Shown here one piece after another: positions 60,880-64,000 of a DNA stretch of 64,000 nt (its first letter is position 1; every line of letters begins with the position of its first letter). The position numbers and the translations under genes are program-made. Source of the DNA: Antedon mediterranea (taxonomy: Eukaryota; Animalia; Echinodermata); NCBI RefSeq assembly GCF_964355755.1, contig NC_092679.1:2696201-2760200 (forward strand). The letters run 5' to 3'. A model generated the notes under the pieces. It saw nothing but the letters and a program-made list of their open reading frames with translations. It did no database searches and was not told the origin of the DNA.

Positions 60880-62593
60880 AAGCAAACAACAAAACGTTAT
60901 ATTGTAATACAATTGCAGCTTAGATTTTATATTTTGAATTATGTGTAGCTTAGGAGATCATATACAATGAAATTGTTTTATTTTTATACTTGCTTACTTT
61001 ATATATACAAACATTACCTGTAGAAATAAGGTCGTTCTTAAATAGAGGTATGTTTTAATTAATGCATGTGTTATTATAAACCATGTGTTTGTGTACATTT
61101 CATTTCAATATGTTCCTTTCTATTTCTAAAAGTATTTGTAACACATTTACACATTAGAGGTTTTAAATATCGTGGATTACTTTATTACTTTAGAGATTTG
61201 TGGTTATACAGTATTCAAGGTATTGAATAACATATGAAGAAGAACATACTACTCTATTTTGATATTTAAACTACTTTATATATGATATATTATATAAGAT
61301 GTGTGGTATATTTTTGTTAGAAAATTTCAGACTATTTTTGTGATTATCAAATTGTCACATGTTTGCCTTCATCGTAAGTGCCTTATTTGCTTGAAGTTGA
61401 ACAGCAAACTGTTTTAAAAATAAATTGGATATAATTCTGAAAATATAATTTTTATTCTCGAATAGATTCGTTTGAAATCGTGCGAAAATGGTCTGTAAAT
61501 TTATTTTTATTTTAAATAAAATATTTTTTATCGATTTGAAGTTTACCAAGTAAAGTTGTGAGTAATTATTTGATATGTGTTTTTTTGTCACAGCTTTTTA
61601 ATCAATGATAAATTATGTATAAACATACCAATACTGTCAAAATACATTGCTGTTAACGATTTAAAAGTCACAGGCGATTGTAGGATGATCCATCGCATCG
61701 CGATAGAGTCAAAATAAATACTTTTTAGTAATTCATTCAACATTTATTTAGAAACAGTTCAAGAAATAAAGAAGCAGACATTTACAATAAAACTTGGTTC
61801 CCACTAGCGACGCAACGTAAGTGATTTGACCAATCACAAGCGATGGATTATTTGAACTGTCGCTTGTCATTGGTCAACAAACTTTACGTCCTTTTGTTAC
61901 GTCCTAGTGGGAACCAAGCTTAAATACGAACTGTTTAACTTGCGTTGCGCTTACGTCGTTGCGTCTAAAATCAGCAACAATGTTATGTCCTTTCTAATTC
62001 AATAATATCACACTTTACTGAAAGAATAACGGTATAATTTACAATAACAACAAACACGGAAATTCCCCCACACCTACCAACCGATCTTCAGCTTTAGTGA
62101 ATAATAACCGTATAGTAATAATTGAAAAGACTTTTAGTGTATACAATTGTTATTATTGATTGAAAGAGGGAATTATTGAATATGTTCCTTGACTTAAGAT
62201 AATGATCTACTGTATGAAGTTTCTGTTTCCTGAAAATTCACCCAAATGATACTATCAAATTTTAGAATTTTAATTTTTAACAATTGGAAGCTCTTCGATG
62301 ATATCGATACAAATCAAACTATTGAACCAGACAATAATATACTGACTGCTAATATTTCCTCATGCCATACTTTATCAGTTATTGTATGAATACCACGATG
62401 TCACCTTTCTAACACTTGGCCCAACATATGCTGATATAGCTCTTATCAATTCATAAGTTAGTTAAAGCTCATATTGTACGTTTACTGCGTGACATAGTTG
62501 CTGGGATCAGACCTCTTTGTAACATCAATTATAGGCCTACTTAACATTTAACTTCGTAACAGATCTTCATTCGTTGTTGTGTGAGACACAATA

Positions 62594-63943
62594 ATGTTAC
62601 CATTTATGCTGCTTATATTATTGGAACTGCTGATACGTAAGTTTAATGTTATTTATAGGGTATACCCTCCAATTAAAGACCACTATTGGCACAACAGATG
62701 GATAGTCTATTAGTGTTGGTCACTAATTGGAATAAATTGATGAAAGATTCTGAACCAGATATGTTGTTTTTTTGTTCAACCAGAATACAGAGCTTGGGAA
62801 GGTTTTAGTTGGAGCCTGGAGAATTAGGCAATTTACACTCATAGGGTGCGCAACGCAGGGACGTTACGCGCAACGCAAATTAATTTGTGACCAATCATAT
62901 CGATTCGACGGATCATTCATAATCGCGCCGTGATTGGTCATGTTACTTGCATATTGCGTTTCGTCCTAGTGGGAACCGTCTTAAACATTCACAGACTAGG
63001 CCTTACTAATTATTCCTGCTGCAACCGCAATAATAAAATAATTATTTGCATACAATTTGAATATATAATCGATATACGTTATAAGTACGACATATTTAAA
63101 AGGAAAACAATATTTTTCTGTTTCGTAGTATTGATTTTAAAATATTTATCCTTGTTCTTACATTGAACCTATCCATTTTATGGGCAATAATACAATTATT
63201 TTACTGAGAAGTTTATACGGCCAACTTTTGCCAAACTAAAACTTGGTTCCCACTAGAGACACAACACAAGGCCCTGTAAACAGTTCGAATATTTTATCTT
63301 GCTTGTGATTGGTCAAATCGCTCACATAAAAGCGCCATAATTCCAACCACCCATCACCTGCACATTTAAGTGTTATTTTCTACTGGTCTCTGGTGACCAT
63401 GTTAGGTTGAAAATAATTCATAATAATGTTGTTCTTAAATCTTCATTAGATTGGAACAGAGTCGAAGCCCGGGTGATACATGAAGGAATTTGTTATGAAA
63501 ATGGAATAACGTATGAAAAGCAAGTAAGAAAGATGGGCTGCGACAGCATATCATGGTAAGATTTGTTTGTTTTCTGCTCTGTGTTCGTCCGCCAACAAAA
63601 CACTACCTTTGTCGCGTTTGCGTGTCTCCCAAATATGGACACCTTTCCCAAAATCCCCGGTAATGCAATTTCAAGCTTCTTTTTTTTTTTTGCAATAATT
63701 TTAAGAAAGTATCAAACAAGATGGTAATATTAGTAATATCAATCAATAGATTTAGAGGTGATCTTGGTGGATCGTTTGTTACATAATTATTCTAGGCAAT
63801 ATTTGGTATTTTGATTATCATGGAGAATATTAACGTTTTCTAAATGATCTTATCTTAACATTATCTTGAATAAACCAATCCTGTTCTTTTTTACAGTACT
63901 TGCATCGATCTTAGATGGGAATGCACAAAATTAGCATGTCCAG
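62594..63943 (+). CDS. 5' part of a tandem paralog of the mosaic receptor (signal peptide plus first short VWC/pacifastin-like module), continues beyond window
   Basis: Hydrophobic first exon 62594-62636 (MLPFMLLILLELLI, GTAAGT donor); possible small exon near 62784-62801; split module 63450-63555 + 63897-63943 encoding ...ICYENGITYEKQVRKMGCDSISCTCIDLRWECTKLACP. It has the same phase-2 split and clear similarity to CTCLDSGWNCTEIACS at 41972-42018. Confidence 0.7.
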
Positions 63944-64000
63944 GTAGGCATTCGTTTATTTGATAAGCCATATAACGTTGGGTTGTTATACCGCTCAAAT

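Overview
AT-rich, intron-dense eukaryotic DNA from a metazoan. A marine invertebrate, possibly an echinoderm, is my guess from the repeat families and domain content; I cannot prove it. Splicing exons by hand gives four genes. (1) A minus-strand FRMD6/FRMD1/Expanded-type FERM protein (14 coding exons, ~706 aa) that keeps the TSGIVS degron. (2) Head-to-head with it, AP4M1 (13 coding exons, ~455 aa), whose first intron has U12 minor-spliceosome signals. (3) A ~1,500-aa, ~41-exon type-I membrane protein: signal peptide, 4 short VWC/pacifastin-like, 2 full VWC, 5 WAP, 14 EGF, 2 eight-Cys repeats, SEA with GSIIV, a TM helix and a tail with YxxL/ITIM-like/NPxY motifs. (4) The 5' end of a tandem paralog of gene 3 running off the window. 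Gene 3 is the most interesting feature. Its EGF and WAP scaffolds carry length-variable, Tyr/Trp/Ser/Asp-rich loops, partly encoded by (TAY)n runs and reminiscent of antibody CDR3 composition. Its reading frame into the SEA/TM part depends on a 4-nt micro-exon (57414-57417). Introns and the 30.7-35.2 kb intergenic block are full of MITEs (Harbinger-, Kolobok-, Tc1- and Ginger-like), SINE/LINE remnants and minisatellites. All gene models were inferred by eye and need RNA-seq confirmation.
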